From positions 1 to 60,316 of the IMG/VR virus record IMGVR_UViG_3300022074_007082: DNA of 60,316 bases; one strand, 5' to 3'. The position numbers and the translations under genes were made by a program. The notes below the pieces were generated by a model. The model ran no database searches. It saw only the letters and a list, made by a program, of their open reading frames with translations, and had not been told where the DNA came from. Positions 38,666 to 49,453 of this stretch are shown here, one piece after another (position 1 is the first letter of the stretch; each line of letters begins with the position of its first letter). This stretch comes from a virus. Its lineage: Duplodnaviria > Caudoviricetes.

Positions 38666-41600
38666 TGGCTAAGAAAACAAAAGATCTTTTTAGAAAAAAG
38701 TATCCATCGAGAGCATCTATGTATGCTTCAAAAAACCTATTGTCTTCAAGTTCTGATAGTGTAGGGCGAGAAGTGGAGTCTGCTTTGTATACAGAGCAGT
38801 TCATAAAAGACAGAGACAGATACAAGCCAAATATTGATTTTACTGATCCTAGCAATTTTGTAAGGTTTGGTTCTGCAAAAGAATATTACGAAAAATCAAT
38901 TGAAAACATCTACAAGACGTATCCATACGATGGATCCTTAAAGGAAAAGCTTGAGTGGCATAACTCATCTTCATATTTTGATAATTATTTCTTCGAGTAT
39001 GAATACCCGAGAACAAACGGATATATATCAATTGGTCAAAACTGGACTGCTGACAGCACTACGGCGGAAGATGCCGTAGATAAAATTGTAGCTGCTTCTT
39101 CGCCACAGTATATTAGCATCCAAGGTGGTCCACATGGACCTCAAGCGCCAGCATATGATCCGAACTATGATAAAGCTCTCACATATAAAAGACCAGAGCA
39201 TAAAGCAAATATATTTGATTCTGAGATCAATCAAAAGCAAAACTTGACTATTGATGGCACTACGGGGAATACTGTAGAATTTTGGCTAAAGCTACCAACA
39301 AACTCTCCAACTGGGCAAGATTCTCCTTCTTATGCGTATTTTGATCTCTGGAATGAGAGCACAGACAAGACATCTTCTGGGGAATACGGAAGGCTTTTGG
39401 TTGAGACAAGATTAGACAAGACTCTTGATGGGACATATACAGATGATTCGTTATTCCATATTACTTATATGTCCGGTAACAGTGGAGCCGAGCGTTCCCC
39501 CATTGGACCTACCAGTTTATTAACTAGCCAAAATATAACCCTAACTGATTGGAATCACTACGCATTTGTTGCAAAAAATAATCCAACTGGCTCTAATCAC
39601 TTATTGTTTGATCTATATATTAATGGATATCAGGTTGACACAGTTCATACCGGATCTCAAATTTCCGAAGTCAGAACAGGTCCGTTTAACGCAAACATCG
39701 GAGCTTATAGATACAATCCAGCTAGCAATCTAGCTGTTGCCAATGGAGAAGGAAGTATATCTGGATCTTTCTTTGACGAATTTAGATTCTGGAAAAAAAG
39801 TAGAAATCAAAAAGATATCGCATTGTATTGGTTCACGCAGATTGGCGGTGGGACAAACACAGATTATGGATTAAAAAACTCAAAGTATACAGGTTCTTTA
39901 AATCCTGTTGACTTGGGGGTTTATTACAAGTTCAATGAAGGGATTGTAGGCTCTGGTCTAGATAGCACAGTCTTGGATTACTCTGGTCGAGTGTCCAATG
40001 GTACATATAACAACTACTCATTCACCAGCACAATGCCAGAATTGAGATTTACTTCATCAGCTATGGTGGAGTCAAATGCGTCAGACAGAGAATTCAAGGA
40101 TCCAATCTTATATTCAATTCACCCAACTGTTGCCGACTTAAAGACTGAAATAACAGCTAAAGGTATCGAGTACGACTCTAAAAACTCAATGTCTCTGTAC
40201 AATATGATGCCTATGTGGATTCTCGACGATGACGAAGAGAAAGATAAAAAGACTGTCAAAAAGCTAACACAAATTATGGCTAGCTATTTTGATGAGCTTT
40301 TCATTCAAACAGAAAGACTCAATAAACTAAAAGATGAAACATACATAAGCGGTAGTGTTTCTGGCAGCATATACAAGCCTCTCCCATTTGCAGATAAATT
40401 ATTGCACTCTAGGGGTTTCATGACCACTGAATTGTTTGCAAATGCTTCTGTTTTGGAATCTTTAGCCAATAGAGACGAGACAAAAGAATTCAAATCAGAG
40501 TTGGTAAATGTAAAAAACCAAATTTACACGAACATATACAACAATCTAAATTTTATAACAAAAGCTAAGGGTACTGAAAAGTCGATTAGAAATCTTTTGA
40601 GATGTTATGGAATTGATGACAACATATACGCTCTTTCGTTTTATGCTAATAATTCTGACATAACCTTAAATCAGTCTATTACCCCCAAGATAATAAGAAA
40701 GAATTATGTAAACTTTGCAACAGCTAGCAATCAAGGGGCTTTAGTATACCAATCTACAGCCTCTTCGAACGCTAATTCTGTTATGTACATCACAGGAAGC
40801 ACAAACGCGGCTTCGGGTTTTGACAATGATTTAGGATTTACTCTGGAAGCAGAAGTTATATTCCCTAGAGAACTAGCAATTGATAATCCAAAGAAGGGAG
40901 AAACGGAATATACTCCAATATCGGCATCTTTGTTTGGGATGCATTCAGTGCCCTTAGTTCAGTCCAATGAAGCAGACACAACTTGGTCAACCACAGATTA
41001 CGCCAGTTTGCAGGTATATGCAGTTAGAGAAAGAAATTCTGGAATTTATCCGAGTAACAATGAAGATCAAATCAAGTTTGTATTAACTGGTACAAATGTT
41101 AACGCCTCCACAGAAGCTTCCATACCATTTTTAACTTCAAGTGTGTACAGCGATGTTTACGAAGGCGAAAAATGGAACTTCGCTGTAAAAGTATATCCTA
41201 CTAAGTATCCAAATCTAGGAGCCGTATCAGGAACGTCCGGTCACACAGTAGAATTTCAAGGTATTAATACACAAGCAGATACAGTTATAAATCACTTTGT
41301 TTTAACGGGTAGCGTTTCTAACGGAACAAATGTGCTGAGTGATAAAAAGAGGGTCTACATAGGGTCTCATAGGACAAATTATACAGGATCCCTGATTGTA
41401 GGCACTAACGTTCGAATGTCATCTTGTAGATATTGGGCAATCCCCCTAGAAACTCAAGAATTGATATCTCATGCTATTGACGCCACAAATTATGGTGTTT
41501 TTAACCCCGCCCAAAGTGCATATTTGTTTCAAGAATATGGAGTAAATATACCAAAGATTAGAACTCTGGCTTTGCATTGGGATTTTAATCAAAACACCGG

Positions 41601-44600
41601 GTCTGACTCTGGCGGAGCATTTGCTGTAGAAGATTTCTCCTACGGAACGACAGACGCCATTACAAGGGGTGACCTATCAACCCTACTTTCTAGGCAACAT
41701 ACTGGGCGAGGACTGTACTTTGGTCCGTCTAGGACAGATGCTATTAAGAAAGAGAGAGTCTACACATATAAGCAGCAAGTGCCCGAAAACTTGGACATTG
41801 CTGATACAGTGAAGATTATCAATAAGGATCAAGAATTCTTTACCCCCAGAACAAGACCAATTACATTTAGTTTCGCCGCTGAAAAGAGTATGTATCAGAA
41901 CATATCCGAAGAGATGCTCAACTTCATGGCTTACTCTGCTGAATCTAGTGGCTTAGAGAATTTGGTCGGAGACCCAATAAACAAGTATAGACCAGAATAC
42001 AAGCTGATGCAGAAGATCAGAAACATTTTCTTTGAGAGAATTTCAAATACGGCAGATCTTGATAAATATTTAGATTTCTATAAGTGGCTGGATGGTTCTG
42101 TTAGTTTTATGATCTCTCAACTTGTCCCTGCTTCCTCTGAGATAGAAGGTGTTAGAAATATTGTCGAGAGTCACATCCTAGAGAGAAATAAGATCCAACA
42201 TAGGTTTCCAACCTTTGAATTTGGATCCAACGATCCCGCAGGGTCAATAAACGGAATCAATGAGCTTCTTTATAACTGGGAGTTTGGTCATGCCCCAACG
42301 TTCCCTTCACCGGGCGTTGCAGCAACAACAACAATTACAGCAACAGCGACCCCAACAGCCGGTAAGCAGATAACTTTACGACAACTTTTGGCTGGTGGTT
42401 CAACCAATTCGGTTACCTTTACTGTGCATAATACAACAACAAGCGGAAACAACTTTGCTAAAACAGGTGCAGATCACGGTCTGACGAATTTAAAAACACT
42501 CATCGATGCAGCAGGAATATATACGACTAGTGCTGTTCAAAACTTGGGTGGAGGATCTTATAGACTAACAATAACGCAAAATTTAAAAGGTGCATTGGGA
42601 AATACGACTGTTACCAGCAACGTTGACAACTATACAGTAGCTGGCGCTGCTAGCGCTGCTGCTGATGGAGTCTTTTCTGACGGCATTGATAGAAAATACC
42701 AAGAAGATAGCTGCAACTGGTGGAATAAGAAAGTAAACAGGCAAGATCCAATCTTGGCGACAGGAATTAGTGATGTAGACGTTGGTAGAGCCACAATACA
42801 TTCCGCCTCTTTGCAGGTGTTTAATAGAAGATTTAGCTCTCCATATAAAATAACTGCAAGAGAGGGTAACGGAGCACTCAAGACAAAGTATAACAAGAGA
42901 TCAATTGTTATGACTGAGACTGAGCCGTTTGCCAACACAAAAACAATTACATATAACACCACTACATTTACAACATCGAGTGTCATATGTCTAGATGACG
43001 TAAAGATTAATCCAAATCTTAAGAGGCAGGCAGATTATCAAGTACAGCTAAGTGATACAACAAATACAAAATCAAAGTATTCAAGTGGTTTAGTCGCGCC
43101 GTATACTTTCTTTTCCTCAAGCGCCAAAGCAGTCGCTACTGGGGTGCCGACTGGATTTCAAGCTGGACCAGACCACTTAAGAGATTACTATTTGGATACA
43201 AAGGAGATACCGGCTCAGGGTCCATTCACTAGGCAGCACGTCGGTGGTAATCAATATAGAAATCTTGGATTTGCATACAAACCGGCTCAATTAAACAGAC
43301 CAACAGATCCAAGAAAAGATGTATTTCCGCAGGCGTGGTATTCGCTAGCAACTTTTGGCGGAGGTAATTTTTACTATACTATCGTTAATCCAAGTTATTT
43401 CAACTCTACTTTCACGAGAGCAGATTACACAAGAGACTTTATAGCGAAGAGCCCTGTTAATATAAAGAATATCAAGACAGTCAACACAACTTTTAGCAGC
43501 AGTTATGGTAGCATGCTTAGTTTGGGTAACTATGCTCACAATTATGAAGTAGTCCAAACTGCCGATAGAAGTGTTAACAATAGATATTTAGCTGAAAACA
43601 AGATATTAAACACATCCTCAGTTGCATCTCCCTATATAAGAGACTTAAACGACTTTGCGTTACCAGACAGAGGCAGACACTCGGCTATTATGGTCAATAG
43701 ATTCTCTGCTCCGGGTGGTCCCGAAGTAAATGGTCGAGGATTCCTAGATGTAGAATCGGAAACCTTCTCTGTTTACAATGCAATACCATTTAGAAATCTA
43801 ACTGTAAGGCAACCTCTCAACACTTGGCTGACAAAGCATAGTGCCTTTGGTGGTTATGATAGTGAGTATGGAGCGCCATCAGCCTCTTTCCACAAAACTC
43901 AGCGTAATGGAGCAAAAAGAATACTAAGCAGTAGCGCAGGTCCTAGAGCAAATAATTCTGGATTCTCTACAGGCTCTGAATATGACAACTATTGGGTTCA
44001 ACATATGATCCCAAGGTCTGATATGGGGTATGCTTGGATTACAGCATCTGCCACAAATGTAATATTTGGATACGAGCAGCCGAATGTTGCCAATGCCTCC
44101 ATGGCTTCAACAGATCTTTCTTTTATTGGAGCTAGCCAGCACCAATCATTTTTAAGTACCTTTGGACTTCCAGCGGTCTATAGGTGGTTTGGTAGCGCCA
44201 AAACAGAAGGAGTTCGAACTGATTTCGTGGGCTTAAACTCACACATAATTGGAGATATAACATCCTCTACAAATACTTTAGGATTTTCATTGAATGCTGA
44301 TTTTGTCAATGGAGGATTACTCCCAGAGACAGACGCTAATATAAAAACAGGTCTCGCGGGAGCTAGCGCTGTTTTAAATGGCATAAACTTGAACAGAAAC
44401 GGAGCAGGAGGCTTTTCATCTTGGAAACAAGTAAGGCAGTCATATCATCCCATAGTAAGGTATCACAACAAAAGAAACGTTATTAGCTTAGTAACCTCTT
44501 CTGTGGTTTTGTATAATGATGAGGGAATTGCAAAGGTAAAGCCAGACACAATATCATTTACACTGTCGCCTGTAACTTTTGCTCACAAGCCCCTAAAGCA

Positions 44601-47600
44601 TCACTTTACTTTGAAGTCGACTGGAGAAGATTTGTTTGTCGACAGTACATATGCAAATAACTTGCAAACATTCTCCTACAAAAGAATAAACGATATTATT
44701 GGATTTGAAGCTAAGGATGGAGATGAGGTTTACGACAACCTAAAAAGAATATACATTGATAAATACTTGGGCGCAACTAGCCCAATTGGTGATTTCGTCA
44801 ATTTAAAATACTCAGAAACAGTTTATCCAAGAAAGAATTTTACTGGATTAGCTAAGTCTAGGGGAAGAGAAAACTATACAGGAACCCCCGGATCAGAAGA
44901 CTACAATAAAGCACTGGGCTCTTCTCTTACTTTTTGGAAAGGTAATATTGATAATCGTCTAAGAACGGATAATGAAGCCAAGACAATGGGTGATGTAGTG
45001 ATACACAGCGCCTCGGCACCCTTTGGTCTTATAGATTTAAGTAACTGGCCGCTAGATGCTGAAGAGCCATTTCTCGATTATCTTTTGGTGTCTGCTTCTG
45101 CTGGTGCTGGCGATGATGACTTTGATCCGTATTTCTGGAGCCCACTTGGTCCGTCTGGTGCGTTTTTAAGACCAGATTTAGAACCAAGATGGAATAATGT
45201 TGATAAAAACGGTGAATTATCACACGCAGGGTGGCTCCTTAGCTTATATGACATTAATGCAGATGGAAAGTATAATCTAGATGGCTTGGGGGCCAGAGGT
45301 CCATTAACAAATCTTAGGTTCTATGGCACAAGAGCAACAGCTTCTATACAGTATGAGTATCCAAACTTGGTTTGGTCTGGATCTTTTCCATACGGTCCTA
45401 GACCAAAAGATGGAAACACTGGTGGCTCTGGGGTTGGTGACGCTCATATGATTAATCAATCCTCGGCATCATTACATCTAATTCCGCCATTCCGAACAGA
45501 TGTGCTTAGTGGCAGAAGACCATGGTTTGATTCATATGAAGATTATGCAAATGATATTAGATATATGGCTAAAGAGCACACAATAATCCCAGAGTTCAGA
45601 ATAAGTGAACATATGGATTATTATATTGATAATGGATTCAAGGCTGATAACAACAAGTTTATGACTTTGGTGGGCGCGTCCCTTAATAATACCGGCAGTG
45701 CGACTTCTGAAACTGGAGCTTTTCAACAGCAATTTTTCAATATATACTCAAACACGGACTTCCTAAGTAAGATAGTTGATTTGAAAACGGATCATAAGAA
45801 AGGAAATGTTGGTCTTCCAACTGAAATATCCTTGAAAGTCAAAGCAGTTAAGAAGTTATTACCATATCAAGGTTTCTACCCTGCTCTTAGGGCAGTGCAA
45901 CTGGGACAATTATTTTCAGCTTCATACGGACCATACATCACTGGCTCTAATAACTATGCCGCAGAAAACGAGAATCACCAAGGTAGATTGGCAGCTTTAT
46001 ATCAACCATTCTTCGCTCCGGGAATCTTCTTTAATACGATTAAGTCAGGTATAGCTGTTGATTATTCAGTTCACACGGGGTCAATTCCGGCTGGACTAGA
46101 AGCAATATACACCAGATGGGGAAGAAACCCGACCGCAGAAATAGATCTAGGGGTCGACAGTCCATATAGCGCCTCAAACATGGCGATGAGTCTGTTTACT
46201 GAAGCTCCTAATTTCTCTTTCCCTTTTGAGGCAATATTAAATCCAGATCGTTACTTTCCTGCTACCGGATCTAACGACACTTTAACTAAAGGTGATGTTG
46301 AGCAAGAGGGTATCGGGTTCAGGAATGCCGATATATTTTTCGCTTATCCCCACTTCACTGGCTCTTTAAGCCATGACGCAAACGTAACTTATGCTGATCC
46401 TTGGTCGGCAACTTCTACGTCTCCAACTACTGGAACAAGACAGGACTTTTTCTTCTCTTGGCAAGGACAGTCCGATGTAAGATACTCTTTGGCAGCCAAC
46501 AATTTCTTTGCAGAGGTAGAAAACTTCTTTCTAGAAAGCAGATCTCCTACTTCTTTTGTGTCTAAGCCTGCAAAAGATTTCAAGCCAATGGTATCGGGAA
46601 GTGTCTATATCATGGACGTTGTATTGTCGAAGACTGAGAACTTTGTTTCGTATGAAGGTCCTTCAGGATCATTCCAGTTTAATCCTTTCACTGGATCAGC
46701 ATCGACTTCCGATGAGGTTACTAAGGTAGACCCAACGAATGCACTAGGGAGAGCAAGGTGTTTCGATAAGAGTCCATATGTTTCAGCCAGAGGTATGCAT
46801 TACGGTCCTCCGTACCTAGCACAGCCTTATATATTTGGAAATCCAGAAAGTGGAAGTGCTTTCTTTGAAGATCCTTGCTATGCAATACATACTCCTCCTT
46901 ACTTTTATGGAGATGCTGTTGCTAGAATTGAGGTTAGACCTCACGAAATATATGACCTAACCCCAGATCAGTCAATTAAGATTGAATTTGATGAGATGAT
47001 AGCGAATGCACAGATTCTTACAAAATATTTCAATTCTAATCAAAGAGCAAAAGATTTGCAAAATCCATCTTTTAGAAAGTTGTTTCCAGCAGGAACAAAT
47101 CAGATGCAGATTTCTTCCTCCGTTGATCTTTTTGGGAGAGTCCAATTAAAAAATGCTCAATACTCAAACCAAAAAGATGCAGATGGCAACTTTATACCAG
47201 ATGGATCAAGCACTCCCGGAGAAGCTTCGGACCAAATGGCATGGGTTATTGAAAGCAAATTTGAATGCCCTTCAATTAACTTAGCAGATATGGATGTTGA
47301 TTCTTTGGGTGCTGGCATTGGTCTTGGTAGAGAAAAATATTATACTCGTGGTATTTGGAAAGGATATGGTCAACCCACGAGCGGATCAGACGGTATATTC
47401 TTGCAAATTAGAGAGTCAGATCCGATGAACGTGTTTAGTAAAGTTGGAGCAAAAATGCACCCAACGAATGGCTCCCCCCTCACAGGATCCCTTATTGATG
47501 TTTGCGGTTTTGAAACTAGGAAAAGTAGAATTGGAGAAATAGCCTCCACCAGAACTATCTCGGAAGCAATTGTTGCGATGCCGATTGATAAGAATGGCGA

Positions 47601-48381
47601 CTTTTATGAAATAGACGCAGGGGTGTTTTTGCAACATATTCTAAACATAAATGCCGGAGATCCAGACGTAAAGGTTGGACAGTTTGGTTCAGAGGCAGAT
47701 ATAGCTACTACATCGATTGGGAATATGATCAGAAAAATGAAAAAGTATTATATCCCACCTCAGTTGGATGCTATAAACAATGGCTCTGTTTCCCCGAAAG
47801 TGATGTATATTTTTGAATTCAATCATAATTTAAATAAGGGTGATTTGTCAAACATATGGCAAAATGTTATGCCCGATATCGCCACAACTGCCGAGCTAGA
47901 CGAGGCTGTAATTAAGCACAGATTAGATTCTCAGTTTGAATTCTTTGGATCTTTACCAAAGCCGGATAATGCAGCATTAACTAACGCTAGCGTAAATCCA
48001 TTCATCAATGAAGACTTGGATATACGCTGGATGGTGTTTAAGGTTAAGCAACGAGGAAAGAATAATTACAACAACGTAACAAAGAAATCCGAAACATCAT
48101 TGGGCTTCTCCTTTACAAACGAAGAAGAATTGGCTTCCTTTACTTCTTCTCCAAATAAAGAATTAAAGTACAGTTACAATTGGCCATATGATTTCTTCTC
48201 ATTGGTTGAGTTAGCACAAGTGGATTCTGAAGTTACTTTTGAAAAATCTGATATTCCAACATCCCAACAAGCAGGTCAGGTCTCTCAAAACTTGAATGCA
48301 GCTCAAGGCACTATAGGAGGACCCAACCCCCCAACTGTCGTTATTGAAGATCCCGAATTAGACCCAGATGCAGCAATATGA
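38665..48381 (+). CDS. Giant 3238 aa baseplate protein (gp7/P2 gpI-like motif, LamG-like domains)
   Basis: TVEFWLK, WNHYAFV, LYING and DEFRFW (LamG-like); a second degenerate LamG; KAKGTEKSIRNLLRCYG (KGT motif) at about 40561. Confidence 0.7.
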   Translation: MAKKTKDLFRKKYPSRASMYASKNLLSSSSDSVGREVESALYTEQFIKDRDRYKPNIDFTDPSNFVRFGSAKEYYEKSIENIYKTYPYDGSLKEKLEWHNSSSYFDNYFFEYEYPRTNGYISIGQNWTADSTTAEDAVDKIVAASSPQYISIQGGPHGPQAPAYDPNYDKALTYKRPEHKANIFDSEINQKQNLTIDGTTGNTVEFWLKLPTNSPTGQDSPSYAYFDLWNESTDKTSSGEYGRLLVETRLDKTLDGTYTDDSLFHITYMSGNSGAERSPIGPTSLLTSQNITLTDWNHYAFVAKNNPTGSNHLLFDLYINGYQVDTVHTGSQISEVRTGPFNANIGAYRYNPASNLAVANGEGSISGSFFDEFRFWKKSRNQKDIALYWFTQIGGGTNTDYGLKNSKYTGSLNPVDLGVYYKFNEGIVGSGLDSTVLDYSGRVSNGTYNNYSFTSTMPELRFTSSAMVESNASDREFKDPILYSIHPTVADLKTEITAKGIEYDSKNSMSLYNMMPMWILDDDEEKDKKTVKKLTQIMASYFDELFIQTERLNKLKDETYISGSVSGSIYKPLPFADKLLHSRGFMTTELFANASVLESLANRDETKEFKSELVNVKNQIYTNIYNNLNFITKAKGTEKSIRNLLRCYGIDDNIYALSFYANNSDITLNQSITPKIIRKNYVNFATASNQGALVYQSTASSNANSVMYITGSTNAASGFDNDLGFTLEAEVIFPRELAIDNPKKGETEYTPISASLFGMHSVPLVQSNEADTTWSTTDYASLQVYAVRERNSGIYPSNNEDQIKFVLTGTNVNASTEASIPFLTSSVYSDVYEGEKWNFAVKVYPTKYPNLGAVSGTSGHTVEFQGINTQADTVINHFVLTGSVSNGTNVLSDKKRVYIGSHRTNYTGSLIVGTNVRMSSCRYWAIPLETQELISHAIDATNYGVFNPAQSAYLFQEYGVNIPKIRTLALHWDFNQNTGSDSGGAFAVEDFSYGTTDAITRGDLSTLLSRQHTGRGLYFGPSRTDAIKKERVYTYKQQVPENLDIADTVKIINKDQEFFTPRTRPITFSFAAEKSMYQNISEEMLNFMAYSAESSGLENLVGDPINKYRPEYKLMQKIRNIFFERISNTADLDKYLDFYKWLDGSVSFMISQLVPASSEIEGVRNIVESHILERNKIQHRFPTFEFGSNDPAGSINGINELLYNWEFGHAPTFPSPGVAATTTITATATPTAGKQITLRQLLAGGSTNSVTFTVHNTTTSGNNFAKTGADHGLTNLKTLIDAAGIYTTSAVQNLGGGSYRLTITQNLKGALGNTTVTSNVDNYTVAGAASAAADGVFSDGIDRKYQEDSCNWWNKKVNRQDPILATGISDVDVGRATIHSASLQVFNRRFSSPYKITAREGNGALKTKYNKRSIVMTETEPFANTKTITYNTTTFTTSSVICLDDVKINPNLKRQADYQVQLSDTTNTKSKYSSGLVAPYTFFSSSAKAVATGVPTGFQAGPDHLRDYYLDTKEIPAQGPFTRQHVGGNQYRNLGFAYKPAQLNRPTDPRKDVFPQAWYSLATFGGGNFYYTIVNPSYFNSTFTRADYTRDFIAKSPVNIKNIKTVNTTFSSSYGSMLSLGNYAHNYEVVQTADRSVNNRYLAENKILNTSSVASPYIRDLNDFALPDRGRHSAIMVNRFSAPGGPEVNGRGFLDVESETFSVYNAIPFRNLTVRQPLNTWLTKHSAFGGYDSEYGAPSASFHKTQRNGAKRILSSSAGPRANNSGFSTGSEYDNYWVQHMIPRSDMGYAWITASATNVIFGYEQPNVANASMASTDLSFIGASQHQSFLSTFGLPAVYRWFGSAKTEGVRTDFVGLNSHIIGDITSSTNTLGFSLNADFVNGGLLPETDANIKTGLAGASAVLNGINLNRNGAGGFSSWKQVRQSYHPIVRYHNKRNVISLVTSSVVLYNDEGIAKVKPDTISFTLSPVTFAHKPLKHHFTLKSTGEDLFVDSTYANNLQTFSYKRINDIIGFEAKDGDEVYDNLKRIYIDKYLGATSPIGDFVNLKYSETVYPRKNFTGLAKSRGRENYTGTPGSEDYNKALGSSLTFWKGNIDNRLRTDNEAKTMGDVVIHSASAPFGLIDLSNWPLDAEEPFLDYLLVSASAGAGDDDFDPYFWSPLGPSGAFLRPDLEPRWNNVDKNGELSHAGWLLSLYDINADGKYNLDGLGARGPLTNLRFYGTRATASIQYEYPNLVWSGSFPYGPRPKDGNTGGSGVGDAHMINQSSASLHLIPPFRTDVLSGRRPWFDSYEDYANDIRYMAKEHTIIPEFRISEHMDYYIDNGFKADNNKFMTLVGASLNNTGSATSETGAFQQQFFNIYSNTDFLSKIVDLKTDHKKGNVGLPTEISLKVKAVKKLLPYQGFYPALRAVQLGQLFSASYGPYITGSNNYAAENENHQGRLAALYQPFFAPGIFFNTIKSGIAVDYSVHTGSIPAGLEAIYTRWGRNPTAEIDLGVDSPYSASNMAMSLFTEAPNFSFPFEAILNPDRYFPATGSNDTLTKGDVEQEGIGFRNADIFFAYPHFTGSLSHDANVTYADPWSATSTSPTTGTRQDFFFSWQGQSDVRYSLAANNFFAEVENFFLESRSPTSFVSKPAKDFKPMVSGSVYIMDVVLSKTENFVSYEGPSGSFQFNPFTGSASTSDEVTKVDPTNALGRARCFDKSPYVSARGMHYGPPYLAQPYIFGNPESGSAFFEDPCYAIHTPPYFYGDAVARIEVRPHEIYDLTPDQSIKIEFDEMIANAQILTKYFNSNQRAKDLQNPSFRKLFPAGTNQMQISSSVDLFGRVQLKNAQYSNQKDADGNFIPDGSSTPGEASDQMAWVIESKFECPSINLADMDVDSLGAGIGLGREKYYTRGIWKGYGQPTSGSDGIFLQIRESDPMNVFSKVGAKMHPTNGSPLTGSLIDVCGFETRKSRIGEIASTRTISEAIVAMPIDKNGDFYEIDAGVFLQHILNINAGDPDVKVGQFGSEADIATTSIGNMIRKMKKYYIPPQLDAINNGSVSPKVMYIFEFNHNLNKGDLSNIWQNVMPDIATTAELDEAVIKHRLDSQFEFFGSLPKPDNAALTNASVNPFINEDLDIRWMVFKVKQRGKNNYNNVTKKSETSLGFSFTNEEELASFTSSPNKELKYSYNWPYDFFSLVELAQVDSEVTFEKSDIPTSQQAGQVSQNLNAAQGTIGGPNPPTVVIEDPELDPDAAI

Positions 48382-48403
48382 TAATGTTTTTTATGTTCGC
48401 TAG

Positions 48404-48411
48404 CTATTTAT
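48404..48411 (+). promoter_or_regulatory. Candidate late promoter element CTATTTAT
   Basis: Intergenic, 7 nt before the ATG at 48419; same spacing as at 22274. Confidence 0.55.
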
Positions 48412-48418
48412 AGACGCC

Positions 48419-49453
48419 ATGGAATTTTTTGATAGAAAAGAAGAAGTTATAGATATTCAACTTACTCCGTATGGAAAGTATTTGCTTTCGTCCGGGAGGT
48501 GGAAGCCGAGGTACTATGCCTTTTTTGACAACGACGTGATATATGACGTTGCTCACGCATCTATCACAGAAAATCAAAAAGATTCATCCGACAGGATTAA
48601 AGAATCAGTAAGGATGAAAAATCAATCAATCCTTTACGGCATTGAAACATCTTTTAACAGATTAACAAAAGAATACAACATTCCAGAAAAGCAGGGCACT
48701 TGGACACCTCCATCAGACCCAACGCTTCCATCGTTTCCATTGCCACCATATGACAATTACACACAAAATTATGATTTACCATTGGGGAATAGTTCTTTAA
48801 ACTCGACCTTTTTCCCTTCTTTTGATGTTAGGTTTTATTCTGGATTTATGTCAAGTTCTTCAAATCATTACACGGGCTCTATTTCCACGGGAGGTGGAAT
48901 ACCCGAGGCAATACCACAAGTTAATTGCAACTTGACTTTCAAGACCTCTATCGGTCAAGAGCTTGAATTTCAATTGTCCGATGAGGAAACTGCTGGTCCG
49001 ACTACCGAGCCAGCAGAGAAGTACTTAGAAAGCGGACCTCCTGAAAATAGAAAGTATAGTGCTGAAACTTATGCAGATGGAACTTACATCTCGATTGAAT
49101 TGAAAAGATTATTATTTGATGTTCTTGAGAAAAACAGTGTTATTGATAAAGAAAATTTTGACTTGGAAGTCTATAAAGTAGAGACTGTTTCAAAGGGTGG
49201 CCCACAATCAAAGTATGAAAAAGAGCAGCTAACACCCTTAAGATTTGTTAGAGAAGACCCCAGCGGTCAGATAGTTAATATAGGTGAGTCTATTTACAAC
49301 AAGATGACAAACAAGTATTATGAAATTGATAGTAGTTTTGTTGAATACTATTTTGATATTAGAGTCGATAACGAGATAGAACCAGTTCTCACAGAGAGTC
49401 CAAGTGCGATAGTGTTACCAACGAATCCAGAGGAGCCATGTGTTGATCAATGA
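48419..49453 (+). CDS. Structural protein with an N-terminus similar to 56886-57812
   Basis: FFD...VIDIQLTPYGKYLL..G...YYAFFD..V.YD parallels FLD...IILDAVLTDAGRARL..G...KYAFGD..IDY. Confidence 0.6.
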   Translation: MEFFDRKEEVIDIQLTPYGKYLLSSGRWKPRYYAFFDNDVIYDVAHASITENQKDSSDRIKESVRMKNQSILYGIETSFNRLTKEYNIPEKQGTWTPPSDPTLPSFPLPPYDNYTQNYDLPLGNSSLNSTFFPSFDVRFYSGFMSSSSNHYTGSISTGGGIPEAIPQVNCNLTFKTSIGQELEFQLSDEETAGPTTEPAEKYLESGPPENRKYSAETYADGTYISIELKRLLFDVLEKNSVIDKENFDLEVYKVETVSKGGPQSKYEKEQLTPLRFVREDPSGQIVNIGESIYNKMTNKYYEIDSSFVEYYFDIRVDNEIEPVLTESPSAIVLPTNPEEPCVDQ

